Source: a virus (taxonomy: Duplodnaviria > Caudoviricetes). From it: DNA of 25,670 nt. The position numbers and the translations under genes are program-made. This document shows, one piece after another, positions 1 to 8,346 of this stretch; the stretch's first letter is position 1; the number at the start of each line of letters is the position of its first letter. Below the pieces are notes generated by a model. It worked only from the letters and a program-made list of their open reading frames with translations. It made no database searches and was not told the DNA's origin. The stretch lies in the IMG/VR virus record IMGVR_UViG_3300017658_000012, positions 1 to 25,670 of that record; one strand, given 5' to 3'.

Positions 1-156
1 GTGTATAAACTGCACCCGCACAAGATCTCACGGGCGGCATCGATCCGGTACGCGGAGTTTGATGACCACATGTTGCGCGCATGCTTCACTCTGGAAAATA
101 CCGAGGCGAGGCTTGCGTTTAGGACTTGGGGAGGCGATAATATGGGCACAATTTGA
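1..156 (+). CDS. 3' end of a gene entering from the left, probably a Q-like late antiterminator (partial)
   Basis: Frame 1 is open from base 1 to TGA at 154-156 (VYKLHPHKISRAASIRYAEFDDHMLRACFTLENTEARLAF...). It overlaps a sigma70 promoter followed by a terminator, ahead of the late genes, where Q sits in lambdoid phages. Function inferred from position only. Confidence 0.45.
   Translation: MYKLHPHKISRAASIRYAEFDDHMLRACFTLENTEARLAFRTWGGDNMGTI
113..152 (+). promoter_or_regulatory. Putative late promoter (pR'-like) with a -10-like pause element
   Basis: TTGCGT (113-118), 17 bp, GATAAT (136-141); predicted +1 near 148. A second -10-like hexamer CACAAT (147-152) lies at the transcript start, as in Q-dependent promoters. 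Confidence 0.6.
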
Positions 157-226
157 CAGCCGACATGCGCAGCATGGCCGAGTAGAGGGAGCCGAAAGGC
201 TCCTTCGGCGTGTCCGGAAGAATTGC

Positions 227-258
227 AAGCCTCGCCACGTGCGGGGCTTTTTGTTTTT
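227..258 (+). terminator. Rho-independent terminator (tR'-like)
   Basis: AAGCCTCGC-cacgt-GCGGGGCTT stem followed by TTTGTTTTT. Confidence 0.8.
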
Positions 259-314
259 GGTTGCGCGACAGATCTTCCCTCAATCTAGAAAAGTGTAAGT
301 GGGGAAAATGCTCA

Positions 315-343
315 TTGATTAATTAAGTAGTCTTTCGTAACGT
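315..343 (+). promoter_or_regulatory. Putative sigma70 promoter of the two-gene accessory cassette
   Basis: TTGATT (315-320), 17 bp, TAACGT (338-343) in an AT-rich stretch just upstream of GTG 371. Confidence 0.4.
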
Positions 344-370
344 TTTCGCACTGTATAAGGCGAGATTGTT

Positions 371-1348
371 GTGAAAGCTAACGAAAGATTGGTGAGGTTC
401 TTCCAGCTCCGTGTTGGTGCGACAGTTCGTGGCGCAAAGGGCGCGGCGAATCATGTTAAGGCGCGTGACCTTGAAAGCATACTGACTGACTTCAAGAGCC
501 AATTGGCGAAAGGGGCTCAGATTCAAACCAGCTCTGTTGGAGACATACTGCAATGGAAATTGGCGGACATTGAGATTGATATAAAGCGCGGTAAAGCCGT
601 CATGTTAGTTAATCGATCTGATATCGATGCTGCTGATTTGGCGATTGAGAATCGATCGAGTGGCGGGCTTCGCGTTGCGAAGAAGGATAGTGTGGAAGCT
701 CATGCTTATTCGGCTCATATCGCGTTCAACCTGAAGCGCGGGAATGACGGTTCGTACCCTGCACTTATTGAGCAGGCGGGAGTAAGTAGCCAAAGAATCG
801 GGAGTCTAATGTACAGGGCAGTGAGGGCAAGCCAGGCCGCTGGGTTGTCTACGTTTTTATATCCACACCCCGATAACTCAGTTGATACGGATGGAAAGAA
901 AAAGTCGTTAAAGGGTCAATATAAGTTCGAGATGACCGGGCATCCGTCTGACGATTTTTTAGCAGAGATCGATAAGGGTCAGTTGAGCGACATTGAGCTT
1001 ATTAGCCATGGTAAAGCAGGCAGCAGTTGGGATACATTTAATTTGACCAGTGAAAGGTCACGGGTGATTCGACTAAAGCCAAGCCAGGGCAAAGTAAAAA
1101 ATATGAGCATCATTGCCTCGGTTTTGGATAAAGCGAAAGCTAATCGGCAAGAAGAGCTGAAAGTGAAATTTACGGACCAAGACGGCGATGGGCGCACATT
1201 GACCTGGGATGTTGACAGCAAGCAGCTCATCAACGAAGATCGCTTTGTGCAAAAGGAGTATCTTCGAAATTTTCCCGACCGATTGAATACAGCCTACCGC
1301 AAAGTGCATCCAGAAATACGGGACAAGATGTACTACTTACTCAAATAA
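371..1348 (+). CDS. Hypothetical soluble protein (325 aa), first gene of a two-gene moron; candidate anti-phage sensor
   Basis: Long ORF, GTG start, visibly more AT-rich than the structural genes, no TM segment, no recognised catalytic motif; 7 bp from the next gene. Confidence 0.75.
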   Translation: MKANERLVRFFQLRVGATVRGAKGAANHVKARDLESILTDFKSQLAKGAQIQTSSVGDILQWKLADIEIDIKRGKAVMLVNRSDIDAADLAIENRSSGGLRVAKKDSVEAHAYSAHIAFNLKRGNDGSYPALIEQAGVSSQRIGSLMYRAVRASQAAGLSTFLYPHPDNSVDTDGKKKSLKGQYKFEMTGHPSDDFLAEIDKGQLSDIELISHGKAGSSWDTFNLTSERSRVIRLKPSQGKVKNMSIIASVLDKAKANRQEELKVKFTDQDGDGRTLTWDVDSKQLINEDRFVQKEYLRNFPDRLNTAYRKVHPEIRDKMYYLLK

Positions 1349-1355
1349 AAAGGCG

Positions 1356-1961
1356 ATGACCGTGATTGGCTACCAACTGCTTCGGTCTTTTGGTTATCTC
1401 GCTATTCGGCACCCGGCGAAGAAGGTGGTGGACTGGTACTTGCCGCTATTGGTTGCTTTTATATTCGCGGGAGCCCTTGGTTATTTCAAGGGAAGTGCGA
1501 ACGTTTGGGGGGCTGACGGCCTTGTGTCTGGAATACAAGGACTAATACAAGGACTCCCAGGCTTCTATATTGCGGCTTTAGCCGCTGTTGCTACTTTTGG
1601 ACGTAAAGGTAGCAATCTCGATAGCTTGATACCTGAGCCGACACCTACGATTGAAACATGGTACGGCTCAGGCCCAATGGAGATTGGGCTGACACGGCGT
1701 CGTTTTTTGTGCTTGTTATTCGCACACTTAACGGCGCTAAGCATACTACTGAGTATCGGAGCAGAGACCCTAAAGTGGTGCGCTCAGGTCGCCGCTCTAT
1801 GGCCTGCCGAGGTTACGGTTATTGGCTTCTATGCATGCACATTTATATATGCCCTGGCTTTGGCGCAGCTTGTCATTGTCACCTTATGGGGCCTGTACTA
1901 CATGAGCGATAAAATTCATCAGCCCGACGCAGAACCGTTGTCGGACAACAATGATATCTGA
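1356..1961 (+). CDS. Integral membrane protein (201 aa, about 4 TM helices), second gene of the moron; candidate effector
   Basis: Hydrophobic segments at about aa 27-45, 57-82, 117-137 and 152-182; AAGG RBS; followed by a terminator. Confidence 0.8.
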   Translation: MTVIGYQLLRSFGYLAIRHPAKKVVDWYLPLLVAFIFAGALGYFKGSANVWGADGLVSGIQGLIQGLPGFYIAALAAVATFGRKGSNLDSLIPEPTPTIETWYGSGPMEIGLTRRRFLCLLFAHLTALSILLSIGAETLKWCAQVAALWPAEVTVIGFYACTFIYALALAQLVIVTLWGLYYMSDKIHQPDAEPLSDNNDI

Positions 1962-1988
1962 GCGAGCAGCCCATTCGCTTATAAGGTG

Positions 1989-2012
1989 GCCGCCTCCGGG
2001 CGGTTTTTTATT
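1989..2012 (+). terminator. Rho-independent terminator closing the two-gene cassette
   Basis: GCCGCC-tccg-GGCGGT followed by TTTTTATT. Confidence 0.85.
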
Positions 2013-2055
2013 GCCTATTCAAAGGAGTGCGCCATAGGCGTCACAAAGGCGCATT

Positions 2056-2487
2056 ATGGCCAGACCATCGAGATACACGCTAAAGCTGGCAGATGAGATT
2101 TGTGAGCGATTAGCGGAAGGCGAGAGTTTGCGGCGAATCTGTCGCGACGAGCACATGCCGAATAAGGCGACAGTCTTTAGATGGCTAGGTTTGCATACTT
2201 CCTTTCGCGACCAATACGCGCGCGCGCGGGAAGCACAGGCTGATGCGCTTGCCGACGAAATACTTGATATCGCCGATGACGGCCTGAACGACAGCTACGA
2301 GGATGATGAAGGCAACCGCCGCACCGATCATGATGTGATCGCCCGGTCAAAACTTCGCGTTGATGCTCGCAAATGGATTGCATCGAAGCTCAAGCCGAAA
2401 GTTTACGGAGATCGGGTTGATGCGGAGCCGCCTGGCGACGGGCTGCAAAAAGCTCTATCTGCGTTGATCGAAAAACTGCCATCATGA
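2056..2487 (+). CDS. terS: Terminase small subunit (Sf6-like, N-terminal HTH)
   Basis: MARPSRYT..ADEICERLAEGESLRRIC...MP...TVFRWL...F..QYARARE.QAD pattern; ATGA overlap with terL. Confidence 0.93.
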   Translation: MARPSRYTLKLADEICERLAEGESLRRICRDEHMPNKATVFRWLGLHTSFRDQYARAREAQADALADEILDIADDGLNDSYEDDEGNRRTDHDVIARSKLRVDARKWIASKLKPKVYGDRVDAEPPGDGLQKALSALIEKLPS

Positions 2488-3818
2488 GCACCGGCAACCT
2501 GTTATTGGATCGCCAGATTGCCCGCTGGTATCCGCTCATTGATCATCCGGTGCAGCTCGCCCTGGTGGATGCGGTGCCAAACGGTATCCGGTTCCCCTTG
2601 GTGCCGGCCGGGCGACGAAGCGGCAAGACAGAGCGATTCAAGCGCTTCTTGGTGAAGCAGGCGAACCGTGAGCCAGGGCAGTATTTCGCTGCAGCGCCAA
2701 CGCACGATCAGGCGAAGAAGATATTTTGGGATGACCTGAAAGCCTTCACGCTGTCGGCGGCGCACAAGAAGCGCCCGAGCGAGTCAGACCGCATAATCTT
2801 CCTGCCCAACGGTAGCGAGATCCATGTAATCGGCCTGGATAAGCCGCAACGCATCGAGGGGATTCCCTGGAAGGGCGGCGGCATTGACGAGTTCGCCGAC
2901 GTGAAGCCCACGGCCTGGGAAGCAAACATTCTCCCTGCGCTCAATACCGTCAACCCGATGGACCCGGAGTATCGGGCTTGGTGCTGGTTGCTGGGTGTGC
3001 CTGATGGCCTGAACCATTATTACGACTTGTGTAGCGCTGCGGAGACGGGCGAAAACCAGGACTTCGCGGTATTCCACTGGAAATCTGCGGAGATTCTGCC
3101 CGCTGATGTGATTGCCGCTATGAAGCGGGCCATGTCGGCCAAGCAGTTTCGGCAAGAATTTGAGGCCTCATTCGAGACGGCAACAGGACGGATTTACGAG
3201 GACTACAGCAAGGCCAATCACACGAAGGAGCGCATCCAGCCGCATGAGCAGTTGCTGTGGATGCATGACCAAAATTACACGCCGCTTTCGAGCGCCATAG
3301 GCGTGCGGCGCGGCCAGGGTGGCAACGACCTGTACCTGCTGGATGAGATTGTGTTGACCGGCGCCGTGTCCAAGCAATCGGCCATCGAGTTTGTGGACAA
3401 GTTCAAGGACCACAAGAACAAGCATGTTTTGATCTATGGCGACCCAGCAGGCCAGGCAGGTGAGAAGCATGGACATGCGTCGGACTATGTGGACATTGAG
3501 GGTGTGTTGAAAGCCAATGGCTGGACATACACGCGCAGGGTAAAGCCCGCGCACCCGGCCATCAAAGACCGGCAGAACGCGGTGCGGGCCAAAATCAAGA
3601 CGGCGGACGGGCATATCAGCCTGTTCGTGAACCCGGTAACGGCCAAATGGTGCGACAAGGGCCTTGCAACTGTCCAGTTAAAGGAAGGCTCGACCTTCCA
3701 AGAAGATCAAACAAACAAATACCAACACATCACGACCGCAATCGGCTATTGCGTGGATCGTGAGTGGCCGAGCCTGAAGAATACGGGCGGCATCCGACAA
3801 ATTCGAGGACTCGCTTAA
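2484..3818 (+). CDS. terL: Terminase large subunit
   Basis: Walker A AGRRSGKT, Walker B GIDEFAD, FRQEFEASF linker, RNase H-like C-terminal domain (HDQN, YGDPAG). Confidence 0.95.
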   Translation: MSTGNLLLDRQIARWYPLIDHPVQLALVDAVPNGIRFPLVPAGRRSGKTERFKRFLVKQANREPGQYFAAAPTHDQAKKIFWDDLKAFTLSAAHKKRPSESDRIIFLPNGSEIHVIGLDKPQRIEGIPWKGGGIDEFADVKPTAWEANILPALNTVNPMDPEYRAWCWLLGVPDGLNHYYDLCSAAETGENQDFAVFHWKSAEILPADVIAAMKRAMSAKQFRQEFEASFETATGRIYEDYSKANHTKERIQPHEQLLWMHDQNYTPLSSAIGVRRGQGGNDLYLLDEIVLTGAVSKQSAIEFVDKFKDHKNKHVLIYGDPAGQAGEKHGHASDYVDIEGVLKANGWTYTRRVKPAHPAIKDRQNAVRAKIKTADGHISLFVNPVTAKWCDKGLATVQLKEGSTFQEDQTNKYQHITTAIGYCVDREWPSLKNTGGIRQIRGLA

Positions 3819-3820
3819 AA

Positions 3821-5185
3821 ATGCCAGTGCAAACCCATCACCCCGACTATGACGCCCACAAGAAAGAGTGGACGGACATGGATGCGGCGCTGGCCGGCGA
3901 GGCTGCGATCAAGGCCAATGCTGAGAATCTGCCCAAACCATCTGGCATGGTCGAGGCAGAAAAGCAGAGCGAAGCCAACCGTTATCTGTACCAGAATTAC
4001 ACCCAGCGGGCTCAGTATGAGCACTGGGTGCGTGATTCCTTGCGCTCGATGGTCGGGCTTGTGTCCCGGCTGCAGCCTGAAATCGAGCTGCCTGAGGGCT
4101 TGGTGGCAATGGAGGAAAACGCAACCGACGACGGCTTTGGCCTGCGCCAGCTTTTCCTGCGCCTGGTGCGCCAGTCCATTTCCCATGGGCGGGCACCCAT
4201 CCTCGTGAACGTGGACGACGACGGCGAGCCCTACATCACGGTTTATCGTGCGCAATCGGCAATCAACTGGAAGCTGGGCAGCCAGAAGGGGCGGCGCGAC
4301 TTGATTCTTGCAGTTCTCATGGAGGCGCGTGAGAAGGATGACGCCGATGAATTCAGCCACGAAACCGAGACCGTGTTTCGGGTATTCCTTATGCGTGATG
4401 GCGTTTGCTACACCCGCGTTGAGGACGATGCAGGCACCGTCATCGAGCAAGAGCGTCCGCTTGGCACAACCGATTCGGGCGGCCAACTGGCGCGCGGTCT
4501 TGAATACATCCCGATCATCTACTGCGGGTCCACCGACAACAGCCCGGACGTGGACGAGATCCCATTGCTGTCCATGGCGCGCGCGGCATTGAAGTCTTAC
4601 CAGCTAAGCGCGGATTATTTCACGGCGCTGCACCAAACAAGTCATCCGCAGCCCTGGGTATCGGGCCTGGATGAAGGCAAGGATCTGAGTGTGACCGGGC
4701 CGTCTGCAGCCTGGGATCTGGGCCCGAATGGCTCTTGCGGCTATCTGGAGTTCCAGGGCGCCGGTATTGATGCCGTGCGACAGGCGATGACGGACCAGAA
4801 AAACGCAGCCCTGGAGGCTGGCGCCAAGGTCATGGACGTGTCTGGCACGGAGTCAGGGGATGCACGTCGGGCGCGCCAGGACGATCAGCACGCGACCCTG
4901 CACAGCATCGTGGTCACCGTGGCCGAGGCAATCGAGCAGGCGCTCAGGTATGCGGCTGAATGGACCGGACGCGATCCCGCGAAGGTGAAATTCACCGTCA
5001 AGCCCGAATTCGTCATACCGGCCATCGATCCGCAGGTGCTGGCGCAGTTGCAGCAAGCTGTCCTGGCCGGCGGCGTCAGCTGGGAGTCCTATTGGACATA
5101 CCTGACTTTGGGCAAGCTGCCCGAACATGGATACGATGATGAAGCCGTCAAGATCGAGGGCGGAATAACAGATGTCCAAGAGTGA
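3821..5185 (+). CDS. Portal protein (SPP1-type / DUF4055-like)
   Basis: 454 aa directly after terL; ATG 3821 with GAGGA RBS preferred to the track start at 3764; HPDY start, PLL.MA...L..YQ.SADY and P.PWVSG motifs. Confidence 0.88.
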   Translation: MPVQTHHPDYDAHKKEWTDMDAALAGEAAIKANAENLPKPSGMVEAEKQSEANRYLYQNYTQRAQYEHWVRDSLRSMVGLVSRLQPEIELPEGLVAMEENATDDGFGLRQLFLRLVRQSISHGRAPILVNVDDDGEPYITVYRAQSAINWKLGSQKGRRDLILAVLMEAREKDDADEFSHETETVFRVFLMRDGVCYTRVEDDAGTVIEQERPLGTTDSGGQLARGLEYIPIIYCGSTDNSPDVDEIPLLSMARAALKSYQLSADYFTALHQTSHPQPWVSGLDEGKDLSVTGPSAAWDLGPNGSCGYLEFQGAGIDAVRQAMTDQKNAALEAGAKVMDVSGTESGDARRARQDDQHATLHSIVVTVAEAIEQALRYAAEWTGRDPAKVKFTVKPEFVIPAIDPQVLAQLQQAVLAGGVSWESYWTYLTLGKLPEHGYDDEAVKIEGGITDVQE

Positions 5186-6344
5186 AGACCTGCGAGCCGC
5201 GCAAAAGGCCATCGTAGCCGCCTTGAGCCAGCACGCCGCCCACAATTACAGGGCATCGTCTGCGGTAGTCAATGCCATCAATTCCGAGATTGACCGGCTG
5301 GCCAAGGAACTGGCCGCAAGCCTGTCTGAGATGCTGGACAGCCTCACGCAGGCAGAAATGCAGGCGTTTTTGTCCGGCAAATACACGACGCCAAAGCTCA
5401 AAGCGATGCGCGCCGAGATAGACGGCTGGGGTGTGGCGCTCGGCCAAGCGATCCACGCTCATTGGGATGCTGCCGCGCTCACATTGGCAGGTTACGAGGC
5501 CACTTACATAGGCGAGACGATGCGCAAGGCGCTCGATGGGCTGCCCAAGACAAAGATCAATCCCAAGGCGGTTCTGGATAAGGCTAAGCGAACGCCGCTC
5601 ATGGGGCGATTTGTCCAGGATGTGCTCTCTGGCATCGCCCCAGACCAGCGCGATCGGATCTACGCGAGCATGCGCCAGGGCATTGCAGCAGGGCAGTCCA
5701 ATAGCCAAATCATTCGAGCGCTGCGCGGCACGCCTGACATGAAGTACCGAGACGGGTTGATGCAGGCTGCTAAGCGAGACGTGGAGAGGATTGTTAGGAC
5801 GGCCAGAAACCACATCGCTGACATAGCGGGTGAAGAAATTTACGATGCGCTAGGCGTTGAGTACGTGGTTCGTGTGGCTACGCTGGAGGGTCGGACATGC
5901 GTAGCCTGTGCGGCGCTGGATGGGAAGATCTACAAGCGATCCGATCCACATCCTGCCGCCACATTGCACCCGAACTGCCGTTGCCGCTATGCGCCATCGT
6001 TCGCCGACGGCATGATCGGCAACAGGCCCTACGTCCGGGCGCTGAAGGTCAAAAAGCGTGACGGCAGTAACGAGTTTCGCAGCATCGGCGATATGACCAA
6101 AAAGCAGCGCGAGGCAGCGGGCTTGAAGGTCGGCCAGGTCAAGGCCGGTACTACGTTTTCATCGTGGTTCGGCAATCAGGATGCGGAGTTTCGCAAAGAA
6201 TGGCTCGGGCCTGCGCGCTATAAGCTGTACACCGAGGGAAAATACTCGATAGACCGATTTTCTGACCCGCGAGGAAAGATCTACACTCTGGAGGAACTGC
6301 GTCAGCGTGACGCCAAGACCTTCGAGGCTGTTTTTGGAAGCTAA
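5172..6344 (+). CDS. Minor head morphogenesis protein (SPP1 gp7 / Mu gpF, MuF family)
   Basis: IVRTARNH, VATLEGRTCVACAALDG and LHPNCRC motifs; follows portal. Confidence 0.92.
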   Translation: MSKSEDLRAAQKAIVAALSQHAAHNYRASSAVVNAINSEIDRLAKELAASLSEMLDSLTQAEMQAFLSGKYTTPKLKAMRAEIDGWGVALGQAIHAHWDAAALTLAGYEATYIGETMRKALDGLPKTKINPKAVLDKAKRTPLMGRFVQDVLSGIAPDQRDRIYASMRQGIAAGQSNSQIIRALRGTPDMKYRDGLMQAAKRDVERIVRTARNHIADIAGEEIYDALGVEYVVRVATLEGRTCVACAALDGKIYKRSDPHPAATLHPNCRCRYAPSFADGMIGNRPYVRALKVKKRDGSNEFRSIGDMTKKQREAAGLKVGQVKAGTTFSSWFGNQDAEFRKEWLGPARYKLYTEGKYSIDRFSDPRGKIYTLEELRQRDAKTFEAVFGS

Positions 6345-6483
6345 GCCAGAACTCTGCGACGTTTATTTCCTTCAGTGGTGGACCTTGCGCATTGTGGAGC
6401 GATACCCGATGCATGAGGTGCCGCAGGCTTGGCTGATGATGCAGATCTCGATCCAGACACAAGACAAACTGCACCCATTCTGA
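6334..6483 (+). CDS. Possible small ORF (49 aa from TTG, or 24 aa from ATG 6409), not in the ORF track
   Basis: Frame-1 ORF LEAKPELCDVYFLQWWTLRIVERYPMHEVPQAWLMMQISIQTQDKLHPF; GAGG 6 nt before TTG; TGA 6481-6483 abuts a terminator. Confidence 0.35.
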   Translation: MEAKPELCDVYFLQWWTLRIVERYPMHEVPQAWLMMQISIQTQDKLHPF

Positions 6484-6543
6484 CCCGCACCCGTGCGGGT
6501 TTTGCTTTTTCTGAGGCTCCGCTAAGCGGGGCCTTTCTCTTTT
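6483..6543 (+). terminator. Two tandem Rho-independent terminators
   Basis: ACCCGCA-cccg-TGCGGGT + TTTGCTTTTT (6483-6510) and AGGCTCCGC-taa-GCGGGGCCT + TTCTCTTTT (6514-6543). Confidence 0.75.
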
Positions 6544-6583
6544 GCCGGCAAGGCTGGCGCAAACCATCCCAAGGGGAACCCAC

Positions 6584-7345
6584 ATGTTTGACGATCTCGA
6601 CCTGGCCGAGCTTGGCCTGGACCTGCCCGACGATAAAGCCGCAGCCCTCAAGGAGGCGCTGGCAGCCAAAGGCAAGGAGGCTTTGGATCAAGCCGTAACG
6701 GGTTTGAAAACCAAGAACTCTGAGCTGCTGGGCACCATCAAGACCACGAAATCGGAGCTTGAGCAGTTCAAGACTCAATTCGATGGTCTGGACCTCGAAG
6801 CGGTCAAGGGCCTGCTCAAGAAGGCTAGCGAGGACGAGGACACGCGCCTCATCGCTGAAGGAAAGCTCGACGAGGTGGTGGGCAAGCGCACTGAGCGTCT
6901 GCGTGCTGACCTCGACAAGCAGTTGCAGGCCGAAAAGGAGCGTGCGGATAAGGCCGAGGCCTTTGCCAATCGGTTCCGGGACAAGGTTCTGGCCGATTCC
7001 ATCCGCGAAGCCGCCGGTAAAGCCGGGGCGCTTCCCGAGGCCGCCGAGGACATCATTCTTCGAGCCCGCAGCACTTTCCGGCTCAATGAAGACGGCGATC
7101 CTGTGGCGATGAATGGCGACGAGATCATCTACGGCAAAGACGGTAAATCCCCATTGTCTCCGCTCGAATGGGCGGAATCGCTGCGTGAAGCAGCCCCCCA
7201 CCTGTGGCCAAGGGCTCAGGGTGCCGGTCAGACCGGTGATAAAGGCGTCAAGGGCGCACAAAAGCGAAGCGACATGTCCGCGCAGGAGATGGCCGCATTC
7301 ATCAAGGAACACGGGCGCGACGCCTACCTGAAATTACCGAAATAA
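6584..7345 (+). CDS. Capsid scaffolding protein
   Basis: ATG 6584 with AAGGGG RBS; charged coiled-coil sequence; C-terminal KRSDMS.QE..AFIKEHG.DAYLKLPK capsid-binding helix pair; precedes MCP. Confidence 0.85.
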   Translation: MFDDLDLAELGLDLPDDKAAALKEALAAKGKEALDQAVTGLKTKNSELLGTIKTTKSELEQFKTQFDGLDLEAVKGLLKKASEDEDTRLIAEGKLDEVVGKRTERLRADLDKQLQAEKERADKAEAFANRFRDKVLADSIREAAGKAGALPEAAEDIILRARSTFRLNEDGDPVAMNGDEIIYGKDGKSPLSPLEWAESLREAAPHLWPRAQGAGQTGDKGVKGAQKRSDMSAQEMAAFIKEHGRDAYLKLPK

Positions 7346-7357
7346 GGAGAAGCCCAC

Positions 7358-8341
7358 ATGGCTACCACTGTTAACTCGGACCTGATCATCTATAACGATC
7401 TGGCCCAAACCGCTTACCTCGAACGCCTGCAGGATGTGCTGGCGATCTTCAACCAATCGTCTGGCGGCGCGCTGGTGCTGCGCAACGAAAACATCGAGGG
7501 CGATCTACGCAAACGCGCCTTCTACAAGATCGGCGGCTCGCTCGAGCATCGTGATGTGAATTCGACCAGCACTGTCTCCGGCAAGAAGATCGGCGCCGAT
7601 GAAATGGTCGGTGTCAAGACCCCATGGAAGTATGGCCCTTACGAGACCACCGAGGAAGCCTTCAAGCGGCGTGCGCGCAGCCCCGAAGAATTCTCCATGT
7701 TGGTGGGCCAGGACATGGCGGACGCAGTGCTGGACTATTACATCCAGGTCGCGTTCGCCGCGCTGTCCGCTGCTATCGGCGGCAACGCCAATATGGTTGC
7801 TACGGGATCTTTTGCCGCGGACCACAAGAAGGTGCTGACCAAGGGCATGCGCAAGTTCGGCGACCGCTTTAACCGTATTTCGCTTTTTGGCATGGACTCG
7901 ACTACGTACTTCGATCTCGTGGACGACGCCATCGACCAGAAGATCTACGAAGAAGCGGGCGTAGTGATCTATGGCGGCTCTCCTGGCACCATGGGCAAGC
8001 CTGTACTGGTGTCCGACAAGATCCCCGCCGAGAAGATCTTCGGCCTGCAGGCTGGCGCTGTCACCCTGACTGAGTCGCAGGTCCCTGGTGTGCGCTCCTA
8101 CAACATCGACAACCAGGAGAACCTTGCCATCGGCTACCGCGCCGAGGGCACGTTCAACGTCGATCTGCTCGGCTACTCCTGGAAGGACACCGCTGGCGTG
8201 AACCCGAACCTGGCTACGCTGGGTGCGGGCGCCAACTGGGAGAAGTACGCCACCAGCGACAAGTCAACGGCTGGCGTGGTCATCAACCTGGGTAGCGGCT
8301 CTGGTTCTGCCTCTGCTTCTGGTTCTGCCAGCGGAGGCTAA
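7358..8341 (+). CDS. Major capsid protein with a Ser/Gly/Ala C-terminal extension
   Basis: AGGAG RBS, 327 aa, position after scaffold; LGYSW...NP..ATL....NW....TSDKSTAGV end pattern typical of this capsid type, then GSGSGSASASGSASGG. Confidence 0.92.
   Translation: MATTVNSDLIIYNDLAQTAYLERLQDVLAIFNQSSGGALVLRNENIEGDLRKRAFYKIGGSLEHRDVNSTSTVSGKKIGADEMVGVKTPWKYGPYETTEEAFKRRARSPEEFSMLVGQDMADAVLDYYIQVAFAALSAAIGGNANMVATGSFAADHKKVLTKGMRKFGDRFNRISLFGMDSTTYFDLVDDAIDQKIYEEAGVVIYGGSPGTMGKPVLVSDKIPAEKIFGLQAGAVTLTESQVPGVRSYNIDNQENLAIGYRAEGTFNVDLLGYSWKDTAGVNPNLATLGAGANWEKYATSDKSTAGVVINLGSGSGSASASGSASGG
8300..8329 (+). repeat. Five 6-bp units TCTG(G/C)(T/C) encoding the Ser-Gly/Ser-Ala tail of the capsid protein
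   Basis: TCTGGT TCTGCC TCTGCT TCTGGT TCTGCC read directly. Confidence 0.85.
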
Positions 8342-8346
8342 CCGAG

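Noticed and set aside
162-214. tRNA, group II intron domain V or ribozyme in the leader hairpin
   Set aside because: No cloverleaf or TTC loop, no convincing catalytic triad and bulge geometry, no intron-encoded protein. Kept only as a generic structured leader.
5172-6344. MuF polymorphic toxin
   Set aside because: The C-terminus after HPNCRC looks like an ordinary short extension with no recognisable nuclease, ADP-ribosyltransferase or other toxin motif.
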